Source: Candidatus Methylomirabilis sp.
GTDB lineage: Bacteria > Methylomirabilota > Methylomirabilia > Methylomirabilales > Methylomirabilaceae
Direction: 5' to 3'
Length of the DNA: 14,687 nt
NCBI GenBank assembly: GCA_041498975.1
Contig: JBGQJI010000056.1
Coordinates: forward strand, 1-14,687
Position 1 is the first letter of the stretch. Each line of letters starts with the position of its first letter. The position numbers were made by a program, and so were the translations under genes. A model generated the notes under the pieces. The model saw only the letters and a list, made by a program, of their open reading frames with translations, did no database searches and was not told the origin of the DNA. Positions 1-7,246 of the stretch are shown here, piece after piece.

Positions 1-52
1 CCAAATGCCGAGAGGCTTGGATCGTCTAACCTCGTTCTCAGGAGCTTGACTC

Positions 53-1078
53 ATGCCTCATCCCAGGATCGTAGCCCTCGCCACCGCCAACCCCAAGACC
101 TGGTTTTCCCAGGAAGAGCTCCTGGCCTTATCCCCATACACCGACGAGCGACGACGGAGCTTTTTCCTAAGAAGCGGCATCGAGCGGCGGTATCTCTATC
201 TGGATAAGGCCAGCTTTCGACCCTCCGAGACGACAGACGAGCTCAGCGCTCGGTACCGCAAGGGGAGCATCGAGATCGGCTGCCAGGCGATCCAGCGGGC
301 CTTGGACCAGGCACGATGCTCCGCCCGCGAGATCGACTTCATCGCCACCACGACATGCACCGGACGGCTCTGCCCCGGCCTCGATGCGCACTTCGTCAGG
401 GAGTTCCGGATGAAGGAGGGGGTACAGCGGGTCCACGTGGGTGATATGGGCTGCGCCAGCGCCATGATTGCATTGGAACAGGCCTACAACCATCTGATGG
501 CCTTCCCCGACCATCGGGCGCTGATCGTGTCCGTGGAGATCTGCTCATCCACCTACTTCCTCGACGACTCTCTGGAGACTGCGGTGGCCAACGCCATCTT
601 CGCCGACGGGGCCGCCGCCGCCCTCCTGTCGTCCGATGACACCGGGATCGAAGTGGCGGGTCACATGAGCCTGGTGCGCCCGGAATACCTTGAACTGATG
701 GGGTTCACCTACCCGAACGGACGACCCCGCATCCTGTTATCCAAGGAGATCCGTGGGATCGCGAGCTCGATGATCAAGACGCTGGCGGAGGCCATGCTGG
801 CTCGCTATCACCTCAAGCAACAGGACATCCGGTTCTGGGTCCTGCACTCCGCCGGGCGGGGGGTCCTCGAACGGGCGCAGCGGGCGATGGGGCTTCGTAA
901 CGGGGATCTGGCCTTCTCCCGCAAGGTGCTTCGCGAATTCGGCAATATGTCATCGGCCACGGCGCTGTTTGTCCTGAACGAGGTTATCAATTCGGGGCAG
1001 GCATCTCCCGGCGATTTGGGCCTGATGATCGCCCTCGGCCCCGGCTTCTGCGCGGAGGGCGCCCTGCTTCGATGGTGA
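53..1078 (+). CDS. Type III polyketide synthase (chalcone/stilbene synthase-like)
   Basis: 341 aa. Cys-His-Asn triad contexts are present: DMGCASA, WVLHSAG, FGNMSSA. Also AIFADGAAA and C-terminal ALGPGF. AGGAG RBS upstream of ATG 53. Confidence 0.95.
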   Translation: MPHPRIVALATANPKTWFSQEELLALSPYTDERRRSFFLRSGIERRYLYLDKASFRPSETTDELSARYRKGSIEIGCQAIQRALDQARCSAREIDFIATTTCTGRLCPGLDAHFVREFRMKEGVQRVHVGDMGCASAMIALEQAYNHLMAFPDHRALIVSVEICSSTYFLDDSLETAVANAIFADGAAAALLSSDDTGIEVAGHMSLVRPEYLELMGFTYPNGRPRILLSKEIRGIASSMIKTLAEAMLARYHLKQQDIRFWVLHSAGRGVLERAQRAMGLRNGDLAFSRKVLREFGNMSSATALFVLNEVINSGQASPGDLGLMIALGPGFCAEGALLRW

Positions 1079-1815
1079 ACTCTTGGGGAACCCTCCCCCG
1101 CCTCGAAGGGGCAGTGGAGCTGCTGGATCGTCCGGGCAACTCGGACGAGGAGATCCGCGGAAGTCTGCGCGTCCTGCATCGGCTGAATCGATACTTCGGC
1201 GGCGTACGCACGGTGCTCCTGCACCTGGGCCGAATGGTCGGAGAGAGGCCGCAGGCCCCGCTTACGATCCTGGACATCGCGACCGGCTGTGCTGACATCC
1301 CTCGGGCCATCTGTGGCTGGGCCAGAGAACGCGGCCAGGCCGTCATCATCGAGGCGGTGGACTGGAGTGACCAAGTCCTGGCTGCCGCCGCCGAATGGTC
1401 GGCGGACTTTCCCGAGATCCGCCTGCGAGCGGCGCAGGCGCCGCCCCTTCCCTACCCGGATCGGAGCTTCGACTACGTCATCTCCTCGCTGTTCTTTCAC
1501 CACCTGACCGAGACGGAAGGGATCCTCCTCCTGCGGGAGATGAGACGGATTGCGCGGCGTGGGCTGATCGTGAATGACCTGCTGCGAAGCCGGCCCGCCC
1601 GTTTCCTCACCGCGATCACCACCCGTCTGTTGTCCACGAATCGCCTGACGCGGCACGACGGCCCGATGTCTGTTCGTCGCGCCTTCCGGCCCGGAGAGCT
1701 GCTCCGGATGGCCACAGAGGCCGGCATCGACGACGCGAGGCTCAGCTCCCATCCATGGTTCCGCATCGCCCTGACCAAGCAGATTACACCTGTCGCCGGG
1801 CAGTGCGAGGCTTAA
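1072..1815 (+). CDS. Class I SAM-dependent methyltransferase (type III PKS-associated, UbiE-like fold)
   Basis: Motif I ILDIATGCAD, acidic EAVD, LPYPDRSFDYV, SLFFHHL, LIVNDL. The start overlaps the PKS stop (ATGGTGA). Confidence 0.92.
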   Translation: MVNSWGTLPRLEGAVELLDRPGNSDEEIRGSLRVLHRLNRYFGGVRTVLLHLGRMVGERPQAPLTILDIATGCADIPRAICGWARERGQAVIIEAVDWSDQVLAAAAEWSADFPEIRLRAAQAPPLPYPDRSFDYVISSLFFHHLTETEGILLLREMRRIARRGLIVNDLLRSRPARFLTAITTRLLSTNRLTRHDGPMSVRRAFRPGELLRMATEAGIDDARLSSHPWFRIALTKQITPVAGQCEA

Positions 1816-2423
1816 GGCTCCTGCTGTCCGGCGCCATCGCAGTGGGGTGGCTGGTCCTTCCAGGCACGGTGCTTCCGGCCTGCGAGCTTCCGGCCAAGCC
1901 CGGGACCGAGCGCCTTCTGCGTTTCAGGCTCGACCCGCATGAGAGCACGGTCCGGTTTGACGCCGATGCCAGATTGCATACCTTCAGCGGAACCGCCGGA
2001 ACGTTATTCGGCAGGATCCGCCTTCCCGGCAACGTGCCCTCCGCTGACGCCGAGGCCTGCGTGCAGATCGACGCCGCCAGCCTCACCACCGGGATTGACC
2101 TGCGGGACGCGCGCATGCGAAAAAGCCACCTGGAGACCGATCACTTTCCCACAATCCTTTTCACCCTGAGCGGCCTCGAGCGGATCGAGCTCCTCGACGC
2201 GGATTGGTTTACTGCTACCCTTCGCGGTGTATTGACGCTCCATGGGGTGACAAGTCCGCTCAAGGTGGCGGTCAAGGCCCGACTCTCATCGACCTTGCTC
2301 GAGGTCGAAGGAGAGGTGCCCCTGCAGCTCTCCGGCTTCCAGATTTCCATCCCCTCATTTCTCTTCGTCGCCATGAAGGACGAGGTGATCGTACGTTTCA
2401 AGCTGAAAGCGGTTCGCGAGTGA
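1803..2423 (+). CDS. YceI-family polyisoprenoid/lipid-binding protein with probable signal peptide
   Basis: YceI signatures LDPHESTVRF, IDAASLTTGIDLRDARM, LETDHFPTILF, GVLTLHGVT. The GTG at 1803 (in frame with ORF 1755) gives a signal-like N-terminus MRGLRLLLSGAIAVGWLVLP. The start is inferred. Confidence 0.88.
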   Translation: MRGLRLLLSGAIAVGWLVLPGTVLPACELPAKPGTERLLRFRLDPHESTVRFDADARLHTFSGTAGTLFGRIRLPGNVPSADAEACVQIDAASLTTGIDLRDARMRKSHLETDHFPTILFTLSGLERIELLDADWFTATLRGVLTLHGVTSPLKVAVKARLSSTLLEVEGEVPLQLSGFQISIPSFLFVAMKDEVIVRFKLKAVRE

Positions 2424-2433
2424 GGGGATCACG

Positions 2434-3660
2434 ATGGCCGAGGTGATCATCGTCGGTGCCGGTCCGGCAGGCTCGACCCTCGCCATGCTCCTCGCGCAAC
2501 GGTCGATTGACACGCTCCTCCTCGACAAGGCGACATTTCCCCGCAGGAAGATTTGCGGCGACTACCTCAGTCCCGGGACGGTTCGCCTGCTCGATCAGCT
2601 CGGCCTGCTCCACGAGGTGGAGGCTGCCGGTGCTAAGCGCCTTCGGGGAATGGAGATCACCTCTCCGGACGGCACGACCTTCAAGGCGATGTATCCCGCC
2701 CCCACAGAGAGCGACGCGGTGCGCCCGTACGCGCTGTCGATCCCACGGATCATTCTGGACAACCTCTTGCTGGAACGGGCCCGCCGTTGGGGGGTGAAGT
2801 GCCTCGAAGGATTCCGCGTGACCGATCTGATTTGGGAGGGAGCCCGGGTCTGCGGTGTCAAGGGAAGCGGGCCAGAGGGGCCGGAGGTGTATCGGGGACA
2901 GATCGTGGTGGGGGCGGACGGGCGAGGATCTGCGGTGGCCCGGCGCCTCAGCCTTTACCGGCCCCATCCGACGCTGCAGCGGATGGCCCTGGTGGCCTAC
3001 TATGAGGGAGCGTCCGGGCTTCGGGATCACGGGATGATCGCAGTCGGTCAGGGATCGTACTGCATCCTCAACCCGGTTGGCGAGCGGCTGATCAATGCAA
3101 GCATTGTCTTGGAACAGACGACCGTGCTTCCGTGGAAAGGGAGGCTCGAAGCACTGTTCGATCGCAGGCTTCAGAAGTTTTCGACCGCAGTGAGAGCGCT
3201 GAGAGTCATGCAGCGAGTGGGAACAGTGGGATGCCTTGGCCCCTTGGCCTTCCGGGCGAGCCGAACCTCTCATGCTGGGGCACTGCTCATCGGCGACGCG
3301 GCCGGTTTCTATGACCCCTTCACCGGTGAGGGGGTGTTTCACGCGCTCCGAAGCGCGGAGCTGGCGGCGCGAGAGATCGTATCAGCCCTTGCCGATGGCG
3401 GCTTAACCGCGACCCGCTTCTACCAGTTCCATTGTGAGCAGCGCAGGGCGATTGTCGGGAAAGAGCGCCTCGCCCGTGCAATCCAGGCCATCATCAGCCG
3501 ACCCATCGCGGCGAACGCCCTCGCCAGGCTCCTCCGCCAACGTCAGCCCTTTGGCGACCTGCTCCTCGGCGTCATCGGCGACCTCCTCCCACCCCGCGCA
3601 CTTTTCTCCATGGAAGCCATGAGGGCGTTTATGCAACCCCGTCAAACGCTCATGAGGTGA
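2434..3660 (+). CDS. NAD(P)/FAD-dependent oxidoreductase (geranylgeranyl reductase / flavin monooxygenase-like)
   Basis: VIIVGAGPAG dinucleotide fold, FPRRKICGDYLSP, VGADG, LIGDAAGFYDPFTGEG. GAGGGG RBS. Starts 10 nt after the yceI stop. Confidence 0.92.
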   Translation: MAEVIIVGAGPAGSTLAMLLAQRSIDTLLLDKATFPRRKICGDYLSPGTVRLLDQLGLLHEVEAAGAKRLRGMEITSPDGTTFKAMYPAPTESDAVRPYALSIPRIILDNLLLERARRWGVKCLEGFRVTDLIWEGARVCGVKGSGPEGPEVYRGQIVVGADGRGSAVARRLSLYRPHPTLQRMALVAYYEGASGLRDHGMIAVGQGSYCILNPVGERLINASIVLEQTTVLPWKGRLEALFDRRLQKFSTAVRALRVMQRVGTVGCLGPLAFRASRTSHAGALLIGDAAGFYDPFTGEGVFHALRSAELAAREIVSALADGGLTATRFYQFHCEQRRAIVGKERLARAIQAIISRPIAANALARLLRQRQPFGDLLLGVIGDLLPPRALFSMEAMRAFMQPRQTLMR

Positions 3661-3692
3661 GGCGTCATTGGTCCGAAAGTCGCCCCGCCCGT

Positions 3693-3773
3693 GTCATTGC
3701 GAGGGAGCGGAGCGACCGAAGCAATCTCGCAAGGAACACGATTGCCGCGCTCCTTTCAGTCGCTCGCAATGAC
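3693..3773. repeat. REP-like miniature palindromic element (GTCATTGCGAG...CTCGCAATGAC)
   Basis: Perfect 11-bp terminal inverted repeat 3693-3703/3763-3773, with inner GCAATC/GATTGC pair. A related copy lies at 7287-7408. Confidence 0.8.
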
Positions 3774-3796
3774 CATGTAAGAGTGCTTGAAGTGCC

Positions 3797-3825
3797 TTGA
3801 CTTCTCGAGTGGCCAATTAGATACT
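3797..3825 (+). promoter_or_regulatory. Putative sigma70 promoter upstream of hicB
   Basis: TTGACT (3797-3802), 17-nt spacer, GATACT (3820-3825), ending 60 nt before the hicB GTG. Confidence 0.45.
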
Positions 3826-3885
3826 GACCACGTAGCACACCTGATCCGGGTCGCGGTCTTGGCATGGCCGAAGAGGCCAAAGAAG

Positions 3886-4095
3886 GTGATTAAATACGAA
3901 GTGATCATCTATTGGAGTAACGAGAATCAGGCATTCATCGCGGAGGTTCCAGAGTTGCCCGGATGTGCCGCAGATGGAGCAACGTATCAAGAGGCTCTTG
4001 CTAATGTGGAAGTGGTCATTCAAGGGTGGATCGAGAGCGCCACGGAACTAAGGCGCCCGATCCCGGAGCCCAAAGGACGCTTGGCGTTCGCATAG
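3886..4095 (+). CDS. hicB: HicB-family antitoxin (short form, no DNA-binding domain)
   Basis: MIKYEVIIYWSNENQAFIAEVPELPGCAADGATYQEALANV...WIE...RPIPEP is the typical HicB partial RNase H fold pattern. GTG 3886 was chosen over the ORF-track start at 3787. Confidence 0.88.
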   Translation: MIKYEVIIYWSNENQAFIAEVPELPGCAADGATYQEALANVEVVIQGWIESATELRRPIPEPKGRLAFA

Positions 4096-4151
4096 TTTAC
4101 CCTTGCGGGAGTTAGACTGCATTCCGTCAGGGGCATCGAAAGGGAGCTAAG

Positions 4152-4817
4152 ATGAAAATAAACAATTTCTTTCTAACCATCTTCATCGGGTTGATAATCC
4201 TGCTGTTAGTCTTTTACGCCGTCAAGCGCTTGGCGGTTGCGCAGACGCCTAGGAGTTTAGTCGATGTGTTTACGTCTAGGCCCGCGTGGAAGGAACTCCC
4301 CTCAGACTTCCTGAGGGCTTTGGCTAACAGGCTAAACTCGGTGGAGAACGCCTCCGAGGTTGCGTAGGTATGCGAGGGAACAGGCATACTTAAGAATAAC
4401 ATCGTCGGTCTCGTCGATCTAGCCCATGGCGACACAGAGTTTGCCATTGGTGGGGTAGCCATAACCCTGACCAGTCAAGCGAATGCGATGGGCAAACAGA
4501 AACAATACGGACAGGCAAAGCGGGTGCTTGAGCTGGCGCTTCTTTTGAAACCCAGGCATCGACCCGCTTGGGAAAGCATGGCGATCACGGCCGTGGCCCT
4601 GGGCGATTGCCAAGCAGCAGTCTATTGGGCTGACAAGGTGCTCGCTTTCAAGCCTGATCCGAATACCAAAGATTACTATGAATGGGCCACCGGAGAATTA
4701 GGAACAGTAGAAGGTGAGATGCGCTATGCGAAAATGTTTGAAGACCCAGAAGCCATTGGGGCCTTGAAAAAGACTCAGGAAATCATGAAAGAGATCAAGG
4801 ATGCATGCGGTAAATAG
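4152..4817 (+). pseudogene. N-terminally membrane-anchored TPR-like protein, 221 codons, interrupted by one in-frame TAG at 4365-4367
   Basis: ORFs 4152-4367 and 4488-4817 share a frame, and the 40 codons between them have no stop. GGGAG RBS before ATG 4152, hydrophobic N-terminus, TPR-like AKRVLELALLLKPRHRPAWESMA...ALGDCQAAVYWADKVLAFKP. Confidence 0.7.
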
Positions 4818-4888
4818 CGGAACTGTCAATACGAAGATAGAGAGCGAACGAATGCCGCGTTTTCTTCACTCACCGATGTTAGACCGGG

Positions 4889-4965
4889 CTCTAACCCCGG
4901 TTTTGCCGCTCACCTCTTCGTTCAACCAAGTGCACCTCACTCGGCAAATCGCGGGAACGTTAGGT
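4889..4965 (+). mobile_element. attC-like integron cassette recombination site
   Basis: R''-like CTCTAAC (4889-4895) and R'-like GTTAGGT (4959-4965), with inner inverted arms TTTGCCG (4902-4908) and CGGCAAA (4942-4948). It is 77 bp long and lies between two same-strand hypothetical genes. The L'-R' spacer is longer than canonical. Confidence 0.5.
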
Positions 4966-4994
4966 GAAAGCTTGCGTGGCTCAGGGGCAAACGA

Positions 4995-5591
4995 ATGAGT
5001 GGCAGCATAGTATTATGGCTAGCCAACCTTATAGTTCCTGCCCTAGCAGGCCTAGGAGGTGTCGCACTCGGGGGATGGATAACGACGCGCACCCAACGTA
5101 TTGAGCGTCTGCACAATCGGATTCGTGAGCAGTTAAAGCATTTCTATTCGCCTCTGCTCGGGATGCGTGCGCAGATTCTCGCCAAGAGCGAAGTCCGCTC
5201 TAAGGTGAGCGGAGCTGCGGACGCCGCATGGCAGAACCTTATAGGGAATACCTACGAAGATACTGAGGTTGTGAGAAAGGTTGAACAGGAGCGCTTTCCA
5301 GACTTCGAAAAAATTGTGGAATATAACAACAGGCAGCTAATAGAGGAACTGTTGCCGCTCTATCGGCAAATGGTTGAGCACTTTGGGAAAAATATGTGGC
5401 TCGCTGAGCCCTCAACGCTAAAACACTTTGGTGCGCTTGTCGAGTTCCTGGAAGTATGGAATCGATGGCTGAATGGAACCCTTCCTCGCGAGGTCGTACG
5501 ACTGCTTGGACATAGCGAAGACAAGCTACAGCCGCTCTATCAGGACCTCGCGAGGCAGTCTGAGTGCCTTTCCCAGAAGTTGAAGGGATAA
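4995..5591 (+). CDS. Hypothetical protein, single N-terminal TM helix plus helical domain
   Basis: 198 aa open frame, AGGGG RBS-like sequence, hydrophobic IVLWLANLIVPALAGLGGVALGGWI. No family recognised. Confidence 0.8.
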   Translation: MSGSIVLWLANLIVPALAGLGGVALGGWITTRTQRIERLHNRIREQLKHFYSPLLGMRAQILAKSEVRSKVSGAADAAWQNLIGNTYEDTEVVRKVEQERFPDFEKIVEYNNRQLIEELLPLYRQMVEHFGKNMWLAEPSTLKHFGALVEFLEVWNRWLNGTLPREVVRLLGHSEDKLQPLYQDLARQSECLSQKLKG

Positions 5592-5724
5592 CCTGGCAGC
5601 CGGGGAGCCGTCGTGAGGTGGTGACTGCGCGTAGCGGGGCGAGGAGAATCTGTTATCAATACAGGTTTGCATATAATCGCAAGCCTGTCGCATTATTCGA
5701 GTTGCGCCAACGATAGAGACCCCT

Positions 5725-6618
5725 GTGATCGACATCAAAGGTGAGACGTTTGACGGGACCTATCCGTTTGCGCCTCACTACCTCGACATCAACGGCTTCC
5801 AGATGCACTTCGTGGACGAGGGAGACGGGGAGCCCGTCTTGCTCCTGCACGGGGATCCCACCTGGGGCTACCTGTGGCGAAGGTTCATCCCGATCCTTGC
5901 CCCGCATCGCCGGTGCATCGTGCCGGATCAGATGGGGATGGGCAAGTCGGGCACGCCAGAGAGCCCTTATCCATATCGGCTGCGAAATCACATCGCTAAC
6001 CTCGAAGCTCTCGTCCTGCAGCTTGACCTGCATGAGCTGACACTGGTGCTTCACGACTGGGGTGGACCGGTGGGACTTGGAATGGCGACCCTCCACCCTC
6101 ACCGGATCAGACGCCTCGTCCTCATGAACACCTGGGCGTTCGCGCCCTGGCCGGGCGCCCCCTTCCCCAAGTTGATAGAACTCATCCGCTCGGCCCGAGG
6201 GGAAAAGTTCGTCCTTGAGAAGAATGGCTACCTGGAACCCGCTTTCCTGGGCACCACCCACCACCCGGAGAAGCTGACAGAGATCATCATGGACGCCTAC
6301 CGGGCGCCTTTCCCTACGCCCGCTTCCCGCCGAGCACTCCTGTGCTGGTCGCGCGACATCCCCGTCCACGAAACGGATCCTTCGTACGCCGAGATGAAGC
6401 AAATCGAGGAGAGGCTACCCCGCTTCAATCGGACACCCACGCTTCTGGTATGGGGGATGAGAGACCCGGTGCTCCCCGAATCGGTCCTGCGGATGTGGCA
6501 GCAGATCTACCCACATGCCATTACACACGAGATTGACGATGCGAGCCACTTCTTGCAGGAGGACGCGCCCGACTTGATCGTTTCCTTCACGCAGGAGTTT
6601 CTCGACGCCAACCCGTAG
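5725..6618 (+). CDS. Alpha/beta hydrolase, haloalkane dehalogenase HLD-III / OleB-like
   Basis: LLLHGDPTWGYLWR, PDQMGMGKS, nucleophile elbow LVLHDWGG, LVLMNT, WGMRDPV, catalytic His in ASHFLQED. GTG start. Confidence 0.9.
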   Translation: MIDIKGETFDGTYPFAPHYLDINGFQMHFVDEGDGEPVLLLHGDPTWGYLWRRFIPILAPHRRCIVPDQMGMGKSGTPESPYPYRLRNHIANLEALVLQLDLHELTLVLHDWGGPVGLGMATLHPHRIRRLVLMNTWAFAPWPGAPFPKLIELIRSARGEKFVLEKNGYLEPAFLGTTHHPEKLTEIIMDAYRAPFPTPASRRALLCWSRDIPVHETDPSYAEMKQIEERLPRFNRTPTLLVWGMRDPVLPESVLRMWQQIYPHAITHEIDDASHFLQEDAPDLIVSFTQEFLDANP

Positions 6619-6729
6619 ACCGGAGGATGTGGACCATTCCCGAGCTTCTTCGACGTGGCTGCTCCACGCTCCGGTCACCGACCTCGCCACGCTATCGCCT
6701 TCTGTTCACCGCGTCAAAGGAGGTATGAC

Positions 6730-7113
6730 ATGCCATTGGTTCGTATTTCGCTTCGAGAGGGGAAATCCACCGCCTACCGCCTGGCGATCGGGGATGCCGT
6801 TCACCGGGCAATGGTGGAGACCATCAACGTTCCTGCCCTGGACCGATTTCAGCTCATCACCGAACATCCCCCGGAGGGGTTGATCTACGACTCGACCTAC
6901 CTCGGGATCAAGCGGACGGATGAGGTCATCTTCGTCCAGATTACCCTCAACGCCGGACGGTCCACCGAGCAGAAGCGGGCACTATACAGAAGGATGGCTG
7001 AGCTGCTTTCGGAGAGTCCCGGCGTGCAACCGCAGAACGTGCTGGTCAGCCTGGTGGAAGTCGCTCGGGAGAATTGGTCATTCGGGGAGGGAAAGGCGCA
7101 ATACGCTTCCTGA
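6730..7113 (+). CDS. Tautomerase superfamily protein (MSAD/YusQ-like, 127 aa)
   Basis: GGAGG RBS, then MPLVRISLREG giving catalytic Pro1. Also VPALDRFQ (Asp37), YLGIKRT, ITLNAGRSTEQKRALY, ENWSFGEG. True start is ATG 6730, not 6655. Confidence 0.92.
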   Translation: MPLVRISLREGKSTAYRLAIGDAVHRAMVETINVPALDRFQLITEHPPEGLIYDSTYLGIKRTDEVIFVQITLNAGRSTEQKRALYRRMAELLSESPGVQPQNVLVSLVEVARENWSFGEGKAQYAS

Positions 7114-7151
7114 TACCGACGCATCAAGAAAAACTTCATTGGTTCAAAAGT

Positions 7152-7205
7152 CCCCCTCACCCCCACCCTCTCCCCCAGTCTATACACCCAGACGGGGGCG
7201 AGGGG
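7152..7205. repeat. Palindromic element CCCCTCACCCCCACCCTCTCCCCC...GGGGGCGAGGG
   Basis: Stem CCCTCTCCCCC-A-GTCT (7166-7181) pairs with AGAC-GGGGGCGAGGG (7190-7204). Confidence 0.65.
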
Positions 7206-7246
7206 ACGTGATTGGAGTAGGACGGACTTTCATGCCCATGGGCCTG

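Noticed and set aside
1..29. Possible 3' end of an upstream gene (frame ending in TAA at 27-29)
   Set aside because: Too short to support a call.
808..3342. Minus-strand ORFs 808-1752 and 2398-3342
   Set aside because: They fully overlap well-supported PKS-operon genes on the opposite strand and have no recognisable domain.
3665..3880. 71-aa minus ORF (also 7326-7550) as small proteins or a HicA toxin
   Set aside because: They largely translate palindromic repeats and show no HicA motif.
4365..4367. Pyrrolysine codon assignment
   Set aside because: No pyl genes in the window, the protein is not a methylamine methyltransferase, and TAG is used as a normal stop by neighbouring genes.
4878..4895. 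GTTAGAC-CGGG-CTCTAAC as an empty mini-cassette
   Set aside because: No convincing attC ends at 4878, so a short chance palindrome or relic cannot be excluded.
5586..5658. GGATAAC...GTTATCA as a second intact attC site
   Set aside because: The ends are complementary but the interior lacks convincing L''/L' arms. Kept only as weak support for the cassette idea.
5656..6402. 248-aa minus-strand ORF
   Set aside because: Antisense to the alpha/beta hydrolase.
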